Source of the DNA: Heterodontus francisci
Taxonomy: Eukaryota
Assembly (NCBI RefSeq): GCF_036365525.1
Contig: NC_090374.1
Location: 173,910,924-173,974,923, forward strand
Reading direction: 5' to 3'
Length of the DNA stretch: 64,000 nucleotides
In this document: piece by piece, positions 26,831 through 38,164 of the stretch
How the letters are laid out: every line of letters begins with the position of its first letter
Numbering within the stretch: position 1 is the first letter of the stretch
The notes under the pieces: model-generated
Told to the model about the DNA's origin: nothing
The model's database searches: none
The model's input: only the letters and a program-made list of their open reading frames with translations
Made by a program: the position numbers and the translations under genes

Positions 26831-28177
26831 GTTACTCCCCAGAGTTTAGGATTGGGCCCTAGGATATCTGCTCCAAAACAGCCTGGGGTAATTCAACTAG
26901 TAACATTCCCCTTCCTCCCTACAGAGAAGTACCTGAACTATACTTGTCCCCTTTTCCTTCCCGTCCCTGAACGGCAGGCATTCACTGTGTAGATAAGTGT
27001 GTCGTTACTATATCGCAAGACTTAAGACAGCCATGATGTCCCTGCATTTTACAGGTTTGTAGAAAATGTTAAGAGTTTATATTTGAAGGGAAAAAAAGTA
27101 ACTTTGAAAGTTAGCAAATGTTAAAAGCACAATTAGGTTCACGAAAAGACATCAACTTTAGGGTGAACTTTTCAATATAATTAACACTATGGGGGCAAAA
27201 AACTCCCAAACATGAGTTCCAGCAAAGGTAACCCTGCTGCTTTTCGACAAGCAGCAAAAAAAAAAGGTGCCCCGTTTTCCAGCAGTACCACACAGCACAA
27301 ATATATTATGCATGGTTTAATGCCATAAAGCTGCCAAGATCTATTAATTTCTAATTTCTTTACAGTACTAGTGAGGCTTCTTTCAATATTGCTTATTATT
27401 TTAATAAATAATCTTAACATTTTAGTATGTCTTGAGAAATTGTATGATGTTGCTCACATTACCCAAAGGAAGTTTATGAAAGTCAAATGGAAAGGTGACT
27501 TTCAAAAGATATTCCTGTAGATGCTAAGAATGGATATTTGTAAGAAAAATTCCTTTGAAAACCAGTGTTAGGAGTGTTGGGGGAGGGGGGAATAGTTCAC
27601 ATATAGTCTTATTTTGTGTAGCAATCCTATGGAACTGATAGCAACTCACACACACACACAAACTATATTTGTTTGAAGTGTATAAAGGAAATATTGGGCC
27701 TGTACTGAAAATATGCTCATTCTATAGAAGATGCAAAAATTGGTGCAGTTCTGACGTGTACCATTAAGTGTTGTGAACAATACCGATCCACCAAGTTGTG
27801 TTTTGTAATACGCTGATGCAAACACTTGATTTTGTCATTTCACCAGCACTTTCTACACGTGCACCTTGCAATACTGTACAATTTTATCCCTGCTACTTTG
27901 AGGAGACATAGGAACAGTAGGTCATTCATACAGAGTCTGTTCCACATTTGCTTTTTATTTTAATATAATTTATAGCCAGCTTCAAATTTTGCATTTGTTT
28001 TGACTGTAAAATATGAACTTAGTCATACAATGATAATTTAAACAAAGCAAGTTTCCAAGTCAGACTGACTTTAAAGTGGGCCTTACTAATTTAGCCTACA
28101 CGTTCAGTTTAGCATACCCAGCCTGTTCTGGTTAAATTTTACTCCGGAAACCAAAAAATAAATCTGGACGCAATGGG

Positions 28178-28799
28178 TGGTGGGGAAGAGACGGTTGCCC
28201 ACCTCCTTCTGGAATGTGCCTTTGCAAAGCAGGTGTGGAAAGAGATGCAGTGGTTTTTGTCGAGGTTCATCCCAAGCAGCTGTGTAACACAGGAGTCTGT
28301 GCTCTACGGGCTGTTCCCAGGGACGTACACGGAGATAAACATCAACTGGAGGACTATCAATTCGATGAAAGACGCTCTTTGGTCTGCCCGAAACATGCTG
28401 GTCTTCCAGTGTAAAAAGTTGTCTATGACTGAGTGTCGCAATCTGGCACATTCCAAGGTTCAAGGACTACGTGCTGTGGGACGCACTAAAGCTTGGGGCA
28501 GCAGCCGCAAAGGTTCAATGGGGAAAGACCACTGTGTAAGGTCCTCCCGCCATGGTGAACTGAGGGGCTGGACCCATGGAAAACCCCTCGAGCTGTGTAC
28601 ACCGAATATGGTTTAGCTGTAAAATGTACATGGCATGTAAAATGGAATGGAAGTGTTGTGAGGCAACTCACTCCTATATAGAAGAAAACTGATTTTCTTT
28701 GCACTTTTTGGAATGTCAACTTGGTGCTGTTTTGAACAGTTTTGTAATTTTTTTTTTACAGCTTTTTATGAGTAAAGTATATTTTTGGGAAAATAAAAC
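28178..28799 (+). mobile_element. Tx1/L1-clade LINE 3' fragment (zf-RVT region plus 3' UTR)
   Basis: EETVAHLLLECAFAKQVW motif; 16-bp flanking direct repeat ATCTGGACGCAATGGG. Confidence 0.85.
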
Positions 28800-28810
28800 A
28801 TCTGGACGCA

Positions 28811-29087
28811 ATGGGAAAAGGCTACTGTCTAAGGCCCTCCTGCCATAGTATACTGAGGGACTGAAAACAGTGTAAAACTCCTCAGGCTGTATGCACCAGA
28901 GAATGTTTGACATGAAATGTATATTTACGTTGCAAGTATAACCTGTAACGGCAAGTGTAGTGATGCACCTCATGTACTGTACTAACAGAAACTGACGTGT
29001 ATTGCAATGTGTATTGTTTATGTAATGTCAAATTTGAATTATGTAATGTAACACATTTTATGAATAAAGTATATTTTTGGGGGGAAA
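28811..29087 (+). mobile_element. Second, shorter Tx1-like 3' end
   Basis: Homologous ORF end/3' UTR ending in AATAAAGTATATTTTTGG. Confidence 0.75.
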
Positions 29088-29396
29088 ATCTAGATGCAGA
29101 TTGTCCAGCAAAGAGATAAGAACAATAACAATAACTCTAGCATTTTAAGCATCAAATCAGTTTGGCTGTTATTGGAACTACTCCGTATGGTATATTCCTT
29201 GCACAGGCCAGAGGAAGCAAAGCTAGAAACAATCTGGCAAGCACAGTCATGAAAAGCAAATGCAAGTTCTCAGGTTATGTTTAAAATAAAATTGCACTTC
29301 TTTACTTGGAAATGACCGTTTTATAATCATAAGGAAAATCACGACTGAGGATTGAAGTCCATTTTGAAGTGTCAACTATATTTCTACAGTTAGAGT

Positions 29397-29925
29397 ACAT
29401 ACTTAAAATGGTGCAAAATAATACCTGCGTTGTTGAAAAATTCTTTCAAAGGAGAGGTGTTCTGAAATTCAAGTTTTTTTAAGCTCTCTTTGGGGGAATG
29501 AGAGTTCTGTCTTTCTGTTCATATGTTGAAATAACAAAGTGCATTACTTGTTCAAAGTATATAACTTTTCCAAGACCAGTGAGCTTATTTAGGATTAGTG
29601 ATGCAAATATTAGTGTTCAAATTATCTAAATTTAAGGCAAATGTCAAAAAAAAAGAGAGCAATGAGGAAATGTTTCATGTATGATATAAATAATTAAGCG
29701 CAGAGTTATGATCTGGAAAGCACTGCCAGAAAGGGCAGTGGAATCAGATTCAATAGTAATTTTCAAAAAGGGAACTGGATAAATTCTTGAAGAAAAATTG
29801 GCAGTGCTATGAGGAAAGGGTAGAGGGGAGAGGTACAGTGGAACCAATGGAATTGCTCTTTCAAAGGAGTTGATGCAGGTACGATAGAACGAGTGGCAAC
29901 CTCCTCTTCTGTAAGATTCTATGAA
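29397..29925 (+). repeat. Copy 1 of a diverged ~500-bp direct repeat (unrecognised head plus CR1 tail)
   Basis: Collinear with 35429-35920. Confidence 0.8.
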
Positions 29926-30546
29926 TCTTCCATGTCACAATTTACTGCATTTAGATTTTATGGGCGTGGGGAAGGAAAAGAGTGCAGATAACACCATTCC
30001 TCATCATTTACCAGTTTGAAATTTTCATTTAAACTGTTTAAATATACAAGTGATCACTGGCATCAGTGCATATCTTAGCATCTTGTAAGTTCTAGGTTCC
30101 CCACTTGATTGGCTAGAATTCATGTTACTTGAAGTACGATGCTAATCAAGACCACACCTTAATGTAACAGCATCCCTTTATTCAATAATATTTTTCTTTT
30201 AAACTTTTATTTAACCTTTGCTCAAGTCTCGCTTGAAACAAGTTATACCAGCCTTAAGGCCAGTAGCAAAAATGTGTCCCCTAGGAGGAAAAAAAGTGAA
30301 ATTGGAGACAACACTAGCACCACGCTGTTCTAGAAAGAAGCACTTGCTATTCATTGTGCTGCTGTAACAGATTACCTGAAAAAATAACTTTAAAGTTATG
30401 TTGTGAGATTTGTACAGTCAACAGGGAGATGCCAATTAAGGAAAGTCACATTTAGATTGTTTTCAATTTCTTCACTTTGATCCAAAGATACTCCACACCA
30501 ACAGGGAGATAATCAGTGACTTTGCAGATATTTGCACACACTTATA

Positions 30547-31141
30547 GGGATGGATATTGTTGTCCCCCCACCGTGTCGGGTTCCATGGCAGGGCAAGGGG
30601 GGACTGGGGCGGGGGGAGGTAGAGGGCCTGAAGATGGTTCTGGATGAGGCCTGCCACGGGCCTCAATGCCAGGAAGGCCAGGCCTGATCCTCCCAACAGT
30701 GACGAGGCTGCACGGCAGCAACTCCCCCCACCCCCCACACCGGGAACCTCAATTACAATATTCAAATGAATAAAATGAATGAATTAACATAACTTACCTG
30801 CAATCTTAACAACCGTGGAAAGGTGACGCGACACTGGTGGGGACGGGGGAGGAGGTAAGATTTTCAGTGTGGGGGGTGGGGGAAAAGGGGTCAAATGCAC
30901 GTAATGGGTGTTGGGGATGGTTGAACTTCAAACTTTGTGCAGTTTGGGGGTGGGGGGGGTAAAAGGTAAGTGTTTTGGGGGAAGGGCAAATAGTTAATGT
31001 AATCGTTTTGGGGGGTGGAAAAGGGGCATAAGAAATTTACTCATTTAATTTTGGATGGTATGTGTTTAAAAATTTAAATTAGGCAGCAGCCCGCCTCCTC
31101 TTTGGCGTGCGGGCCGCCATTTTTTGAGCTCAATCCAGTCC
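30547..31141. mobile_element. GC-rich MITE-like element, 3-bp TSD ATA
   Basis: Imperfect TIRs GGGATGGAT / ATCCAGTCC flanked by ATA. Confidence 0.55.
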
Positions 31142-31189
31142 ATAGTCTTTACCATGGAGCTTTTTTCAATTAATGCTACATCAGATTTA

Positions 31190-32230
31190 GGAGGAGTAGG
31201 CCACATGCCCCTCAAACCTGCTCGGCCATTCAATAAGAACATGACTGATCTGAGTATGGCCTCAACTCCACTTTCCTGCCTGTTCCCCATAACCCTTGAC
31301 GCCCTTACAGTTCTAAAATCTGTCTTTCTCAGCCTTGAATATATTCAATAACACAGCCTCCATTGCTCTCTGGGGTAGAGAATTCATGACCCTCAGAAGA
31401 AATTCCTTCTCACTTCCATCTTAAATTGGCAACCCCCTATTCTGAAATTATGCCCTCGAGTTCTAGATTACCCTATGAAGGGAAATATCCTCTCAACAGC
31501 TACCCTGTCAAACCCCCTCAGAATATATGTTTCAATAAGATCACCACTCATTCTTCTAAACTCCAAAGAGTATCGGTCCAACCTGCTCAACCTTTTCTCA
31601 TAAGACAACCCCTATCATCCCAGGAATGAGCTAAGTGAAACTTTGAACTGACTCCAATGCAAGTATATCCCTCTTTAAATAAGGAGACCAAAACTGTACA
31701 CAGTACTCTAGGTGTGGTCTCACCAATGCCTTGTGCAGTTGTAAAAAGGCTTCCCTACTCCACCCCCCTTGAAATAAAGGCCAACATTCCATTTGCCATC
31801 CTATTTACGAGCATGCTAACTTTTTGTGATTCATGTACGAGGACACCCAGATCCCTCTGTACCACAGCATTCTGTAGTCTCTCTCTCCCCCATTTAAATC
31901 ATATTTTGCTTTTCTATTCTTCCTATCAAAGGGGATAACCTAATTTTCCCACATTATATTGCCAAATTTTTGCTCACTTATCTATATCCCTTTGCAGACT
32001 TGCGTCATCCTCACAGCTTGCATTCCCACCCATCTTTTTATTGTCAGCAAATTTTGTTATAATACACACAGGTCCTTTATCCAATTCATTAATGTAGACT
32101 GTAAATAGTTGAGGTCCCAGCACTGATCCCTATGGAACCCCACTAATTACAGTTTGCTAACCTCAAAATGACCCATTTATCCCAACTTTGTTAGCCAATC
32201 TATTATCCATGCTAATATATTACCCCAACA
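31190..32230 (-). mobile_element. CR1 LINE 3' fragment
   Basis: Homologous to 38960-39840; degraded RT (GVP-GSVLGP) and CR1 tail. Confidence 0.85.
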
Positions 32231-32841
32231 CCAAATTATACACAAGGCAAATTAGGTTATGAATTCAGCAAGCAAGTTGGGTTTGCAGTTGCATCTTGCA
32301 TGACTACTTATTTAATCTGTCTGACTAACTCCTGAATGATAACCATTGCAAATTGCACAGTGATAAGTTAAACTAAATGTGGGCAGAACTAGCAGGGAGT
32401 AAACTGAAAATTTAAAATTGTCAAATCTAGTTTCCTGGAGGGTAGTTAGAAAAAACAAGATGTAGACATTTATGCAGCTTCGATTGGATTTTTTTTGTAA
32501 ATACATTTGTTGATAATTTACGCAGAGATAAAATTGATAATGCACAAGGTTAGGTGTATATTCATATTTAAAATGATGAGTCCCCCTCTAACACTGACAT
32601 TTCAAAATAAGCTGGAGTTTGTAACATTTCAGTTTGCAGATTTTTTTCTTCAAGTTTGTTTCTGTATAATAAGCCTCCACAAAATGGAGCTTTTAAAAAA
32701 AAAGTTCCAGTAAATATCCCCTTTAAATTGAACTCAAGGTTCCCCTATAAAAAGGTGCCATGCAACATTGCTGCTCAAAACAGAATATTGTGTTAGGGAA
32801 CTGGATTAAGACCAACTTAAATACATTGAACTAGACTCAAA

Positions 32842-33181
32842 CTACTGACCTATAACCGTGTCTAACCATTTCCTGTAAGCAACAGCAAATCTGGCTTGCT
32901 CAGAGTTAGTGCAACCTGCTAGGATTGCATCAATGAATCGGTGTTCTTCTAGCAAACTGTGCAAGTCTAGCGAAGGGCCACGTTTCAAACGTTTGGTCTC
33001 CTGCGTGTAGCCTTGCTTGGCGGTGTCTGCCAAACCATCGACGTCCATGCCTTGTGAGGAGTAACCGCCTGCAGCGGCCATTTGTAAACTGTTCACCGTT
33101 CCATCGTTCCTGTTGCTGGAGTCAGACAGGACCTGGAGACACTCTCTGCTCCAGCAATGCCAAAGGTAAAATACAGACCTC
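32842..33181 (-). CDS. PTAR1: PTAR1 last coding exon (RSVFYLWH...KQGYTQETKRLKR...AYRKWLDTVIGQ*)
   Basis: tttttgcAG acceptor; TAG at 32844-32842; 340 nt; the spliced CDS totals 1302 nt = 433 aa; product is the alpha subunit of GGTase-III. Confidence 0.94.
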
Positions 33182-33839
33182 CTGCAAAAACAAGGCAGAG
33201 AATCTGATGCTCATAGCTGCTTACATCCAATAGGAAATTAATCAATTATTAAAGCATCAGCACTTGGCAATAGATATAATTAATGACAACTGCTTTCATT
33301 TATATAGCACCTTTAACATAGCTAAAGGTCTCAAGGCACTTCAAAGGAGTGATTATCAAACAAAATTTAACACCAAGCCATGTGAGATAAATCAGACGTG
33401 GCCAAAAGCTTGGTCAAGGAGGTAGGTTTTAAGAAGTGTTTTAAGGGGTGGGGAAAGAGAGAGAAAAAGAGAGACATGGTGAAATTTAGAGAGGGTGGGT
33501 TCCAGAGTCTAGGGTCTAGACAACTGAAGGCACGACTGATAATGGTGACGCAATGGAAATCGGTGGTGCATAAGTGGGCACAATTTAAAACTGGATTGAC
33601 TTTACATTATTAAATATCTTTGCTAAATGACTGGAAAACATCAAATTCAAATTACCACATGAAATACAAACAATGCTCAAGTTTAAAGGCCAAACCATAA
33701 TAGATTATATCCTCTGGTAGAAATTGAACAGCATTACTATTAGGGGATGAGACTCCAAATCACTTTTTAAAAAAAAACAGTTCAGACGTTAAACTGAATT
33801 CCAAATACAACAAAACCAACATTAAATTGATTCCATTTA

Positions 33840-34125
33840 ATTCCATCATTGTCCCATTACTGTTTCCTTTTGCTTTGCACCATCATTCTTTTGTCATTTA
33901 ATTTCTCTTGCCTTCCGCCCTATCAGACCTTCCTTTTTGTTCTTTCCCCCTCCCCCCTTTCTCTGCCTCTGTACTTGCTTAAAACCTATTACATTTCTAA
34001 CTTCTTCCAGTTCTGATAGACATTAACTCTTTCTCTCTCCACAGATGCTGCCTGACCTGCTGAGCATTTCCAGCATTTTCTGTTTTTGTTTCAGATTTCC
34101 AGCATCTGCAGTATTTTGCTTCTGA
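33840..34125 (+). mobile_element. Penelope-like pLTR fragment
   Basis: Same pLTR tail; the hammerhead stem II region is deleted. Confidence 0.75.
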
Positions 34126-35428
34126 TAAAATGGATTCCTTTTTGGGATTGAAAATGGCTACAAACAAATTAGTACCAACACTACCCTATCAAAAACTGCA
34201 GCAACCCAAGATAGTCTGCTTCATCCATGCCAAATTCTCCACTTACTTTCAAATACAACACTAGCAACTTCATGTAAAAGCAAGTGAGTTACTGTTTCAT
34301 CCACATGGAGGACCCATTTAATTTAGCTCAAAATTCTTCTGGTTCAGAATACAGTCCAAGAGTTTAAACGGAGCAGGAGATGGGTGGTTCTTTTGCCAGT
34401 CAGTAATGAGCTCTGGAATGTGTTGCTGGCTGGTGCGGTGGGAGCTAACTCTTTGCCTTCAAGGAGGAACTGAACCGGTTCCTGACTTGGGCACAGATGA
34501 TCACAGCATGTCGAAGGTCAGTCAGTGTCTTTATAGAGAACACTTGGTCCATGTGATCTCCTGGACTGTTTTTGATTGCCTGAAGGGGTCAAAGAGGAAT
34601 TTGAGAGAGTAGATTTTTCCCTTATTGGCCCTGGGTTTTTCCTTTTCCTTTTGCCTTTAAAGAGATCACATGGCTGCAGGGGTGGGAGTGAGGGAAGTGA
34701 AAATATGAAGTGTTTAGGCAGGATTGTCTAGTCATCGTGGTGTGGGGCAGGGTTGATGGACCAGCTGATCTTTTCCTACTGGTCAATTTCATATGTTAGT
34801 ACAACACCAATTATGGCCCCTTCTCTAGGTATGCATTTTGAGAAGCTGAGCATCTCAGGTGTCTCAGGAAAGGGGCAGGGGTTCCATGTGGGGTGTTAGG
34901 TAGTAGGGTTACCACAGTCTCTACAAAAACACATGAATAGTATTTCAAACCTCCTGTCAGTTTCCCCTCTTTCCCCCCAGCCCCCACAAAGCCCTTACTT
35001 GGCAATTGTACAGGATTGCCAATACCACATCTAGAACATGCCATGCAGTGAACTGCAGGAAGAGTAGTGTATTTTTTCCCTTTATTCTTTCATGGAATGT
35101 GAGCATCAGCGGAAAGGGCAGCGTTTACTACCCATCCCTAACTGCCCTTGAGAAGGTGGTGGTGAGCTGCCTTCTTGAACCACCGCAGTTCTTGGGGTGT
35201 AGGTACACCAACAGTGCTGATAGGGAGGTAGTTCCAGGATCTTGACCCAACGACAGTGAAGGAATGGCAATACAATTCCAAGTCAGGATGGTGTGTGGCT
35301 TGGAGGGGAACTTGCAGGTTGTGGCGTTCCCATGCACCTGCTGCCCTTGTTCTTTTAGGCGTTAGAGATCACAGAGTTTGGGCAGTGCTGTGAACAAGGC
35401 ACACATTAACTGTAAACCTGTACTTTCA

Positions 35429-35920
35429 ATACACACTTAAAGGTGCAAAATATTGTTGACCGAACCTCTCTCCTTTCAAAAGAATCTGAAATTCAAGTTT
35501 AAGCTCTTCGGGGAATGAGAGTTCTGTGCTTTTTCTCAAGTTGAAATAACAATGCATTACTGGATCCAAACAATATAACTTTACAGAGACCTACGGGCTC
35601 GTTCAGGATTAGCGATACAAATGGTTGTGTTTAAATTGTGTAAATTTAAGGTAATTGGCAAAAGGACCAAAAGGGAGGGGAGGGAAATGTATACACACAG
35701 CAAATTATGATGATTTGGAATGCGCTGCTTGAGAGGGCAGTGGAAGCAGATTCAACAGTAACTTTCAAAAGGGAATTGGCTAAATACTTGAAGGGGAAAA
35801 ATTTGCAGGGCTGCAGGGAAAGGGTGAGGGGAGAGGCACTAATTGGATAGCTCTTTCAAAAAGAGCCAGCACAGACATGATGGGCCAAATGGCCTTCTTA
35901 TAGGCTTTATGATTCTACGA
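35429..35920 (+). repeat. Copy 2 of the diverged ~500-bp direct repeat
   Basis: Collinear with 29397-29925. Confidence 0.8.
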
Positions 35921-36109
35921 GACCAGGGATACACCATTCTGTGGTGCAGCATGTTGGGACTGTTTAATGTGACTTTCAAAAGTTAATTAAAAAAAAGAGT
36001 TAAGGTAATAGTTTGTTAGTTTGGCACCATCTAGTGGCATTGCTCAAAGCTACAATTCTGATCAGATCTGAAATATTGTTCCGAAGCAAACAAAAATAAA
36101 AAGATAAAC

Positions 36110-37180
36110 TTACATTAATATAGCACCTTTCATAACCACTGGGCGTCTCAAAGCACTTTACAGCAAATGTAGTCACTGTTGCACTGTAGGCAACGCAACA
36201 GTCAATTGGCGCTTGAGATGTTGATTGAGGGTTAAATATTAGCCAGGACACTGGGGAGAACTCCCCTACTCTTCTTTGAAGTAATACTTTTACGTCCACC
36301 CGATCAAGGAGATGGGGCCTCAGCTCAACGTCTCATCTGAAAGACATCCGCAATCAGGACACCAGGGAGAACTCCCCTGCTCTTCTTCAAAAAAGTGTCC
36401 ATGGGACCTTTTACATCCACAGGGCCTCAGTTTAACGTCTCATCTGAAAGAAGTTATCTCTGACAGTGTGCTACTGAGGGAATGCTGCACTGGGAATATC
36501 AGCCTAGATTTTCTGCTCTGGAGTGGGACTTGAACCCACAATCTTCTGATTCAGAGGTGAGAATGCTACCCACTGTGAATTCAGCCACAGCTCAGTTGAG
36601 CACAAAAATCTAGGCTGACACTCCAGTACAGTACTGAGGGAATGCTGATCTGTCATAGAATGGTTACAGCACAGAAGGTGGTCATTTGGCCCATCATGTC
36701 TGTGCCAGCTCTCTACAGGACTAGCTCACCTAGTCCCACTCCCCTGCCTTCTCCCCAAAGCCCTGCAAGTTGTCTCTTCAGATAATTGTCCAAATCTCTT
36801 TTGAAAGCCTCGACTGAATCTGCCTCCACCACACAGAGGCAGAGCATTCCAATTCCAAACCACTCACTGCCAGAGGTGCCATCATTCAGATGAAACGTTA
36901 AACCAAGGCCCATCTGCCCTCAGGTGGACGTAAAAGATCCCATGGCCATTATTCCAAAGAAGAGCAGGGAAGTTCTCCTCAGTATCCTGGCCAATATCTA
37001 TCGCCCATCAGAATAAGAGATTAACTGATCATTATCACATTGCCATTTGTGGGAGCTTACTGTGCAGAAACTGGATGCCATGTTTCATACATTACGTCAG
37101 TGACTATGGTTCTGAAGTACTTCATTGGCTGTAAAGCCCTTTGGGATGTCCTGAGGTAAGGCTGCTATAGATATGTAAGT
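36110..37180. mobile_element. Two head-to-head Deu-domain SINEs (minus 36110-36590, plus 36595-37180), the second interrupted by a CR1 tail
   Basis: The same core occurs in opposite orientations; internal duplication in the minus copy. Confidence 0.75.
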
Positions 37181-37385
37181 TTTTTTTATCCTAAGCCACG
37201 GCTGACACCTAAAAACACATCGCTACCGAAAAGGGCAAACAACAAACCAGAAACAAAATAGAAGCCTGCTTTTCTCACCTCTGTGTCCCCTCTCTGCTTC
37301 CACCAGAAGATTCACTATTACCACAACCACTGAAAGAACTAAAACTGATTAAAAATAATTGGTTAATTCATGGTGATCAGTTTAC

Positions 37386-37705
37386 CTGTGACACCAGAGA
37401 GCCTCGTGGCCTGGGTACGACTCAATGAGGTCGGTACAAAGCTCCATTTCCTCTTCAATCATTAGCGGCACGTCAGCAGTGTGTGCCTCTACAGATGTAC
37501 TTTCCTCCTTCATGTATGCAGGAAGACAGGTGCGATGGTCCTTGTTTGAAGACTTCCTCACAAAGGCCCCAGTGTTTGCGAAGGCTGCGCTTCTAGAATT
37601 GCCCGCCACAGACTTCAGCAGGAACTGACGGTAGTGAAAACCACTGTGATCGGAGACGTGGGTGGACACCCAGTACCTAGTGTTGGACAATTCATCAAGA
37701 AGGAT
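37386..37705 (-). CDS. PTAR1: PTAR1 coding exon 6 (ILLDELSNTRYWVSTHVSDHSGFHYRQFLL...YPGHEALWCHR)
   Basis: tttctccAG acceptor, GTAAAC donor, 320 nt; two PFTA motifs. Confidence 0.96.
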
Positions 37706-37909
37706 CTGGAGAAATGTGAAGCAAGTATTACAAAAATGGAGCAGGCCGGAGCTCCTTTCTCTAGGAAAGAGATGGCAGAGGGGTGAGGTCTTTAAAAATT
37801 ATGAAGGGGATCGATAGGATAGACAAAGATATTTCCACTTGTGAGGGAAAACAAAAATACATGTCAAGGCAGTCACCACTAAACCCAGTAGGAAAATTTA
37901 GGAGAACAC

Positions 37910-38157
37910 GAAACACTCCGGATGCTGGAAATCTGAAAGAAGACGACAGTACTGGAAATACTCAGCAGGTCTGGCAGTATCTGTAGAGAGAGAGAAACAG
38001 TTAACATTTCAGGTCGATGACCTTTTGTCAGAATACAGCGGCACATCTGCAGGGTGATGTAAGGTCACTGACCTGAATCATTAACCCTGTTTCTCTCTCC
38101 ACAGATGCTGCCCAACCTGCTTAGTATTTCCCTTACTTTCTGTTCTTATTTCAGATT
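37910..38157. repeat. Inverted pair of Penelope pLTR stubs (~100-bp arms)
   Basis: 37930-38025 is the approximate reverse complement of 38060-38157. Confidence 0.8.
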
Positions 38158-38164
38158 AGGGAAT

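Larger units (their letters stand above)
25735..32841 (-). other. Putative long PTAR1 3' UTR; candidate poly(A) signal AATAAA (plus-strand tttatt 25753-25758)
   Basis: AT-rich sequence downstream of the stop; the minus-strand AATAAA is followed by a U/GU-rich tract; the true end is not proven and other signals exist. Confidence 0.35.
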
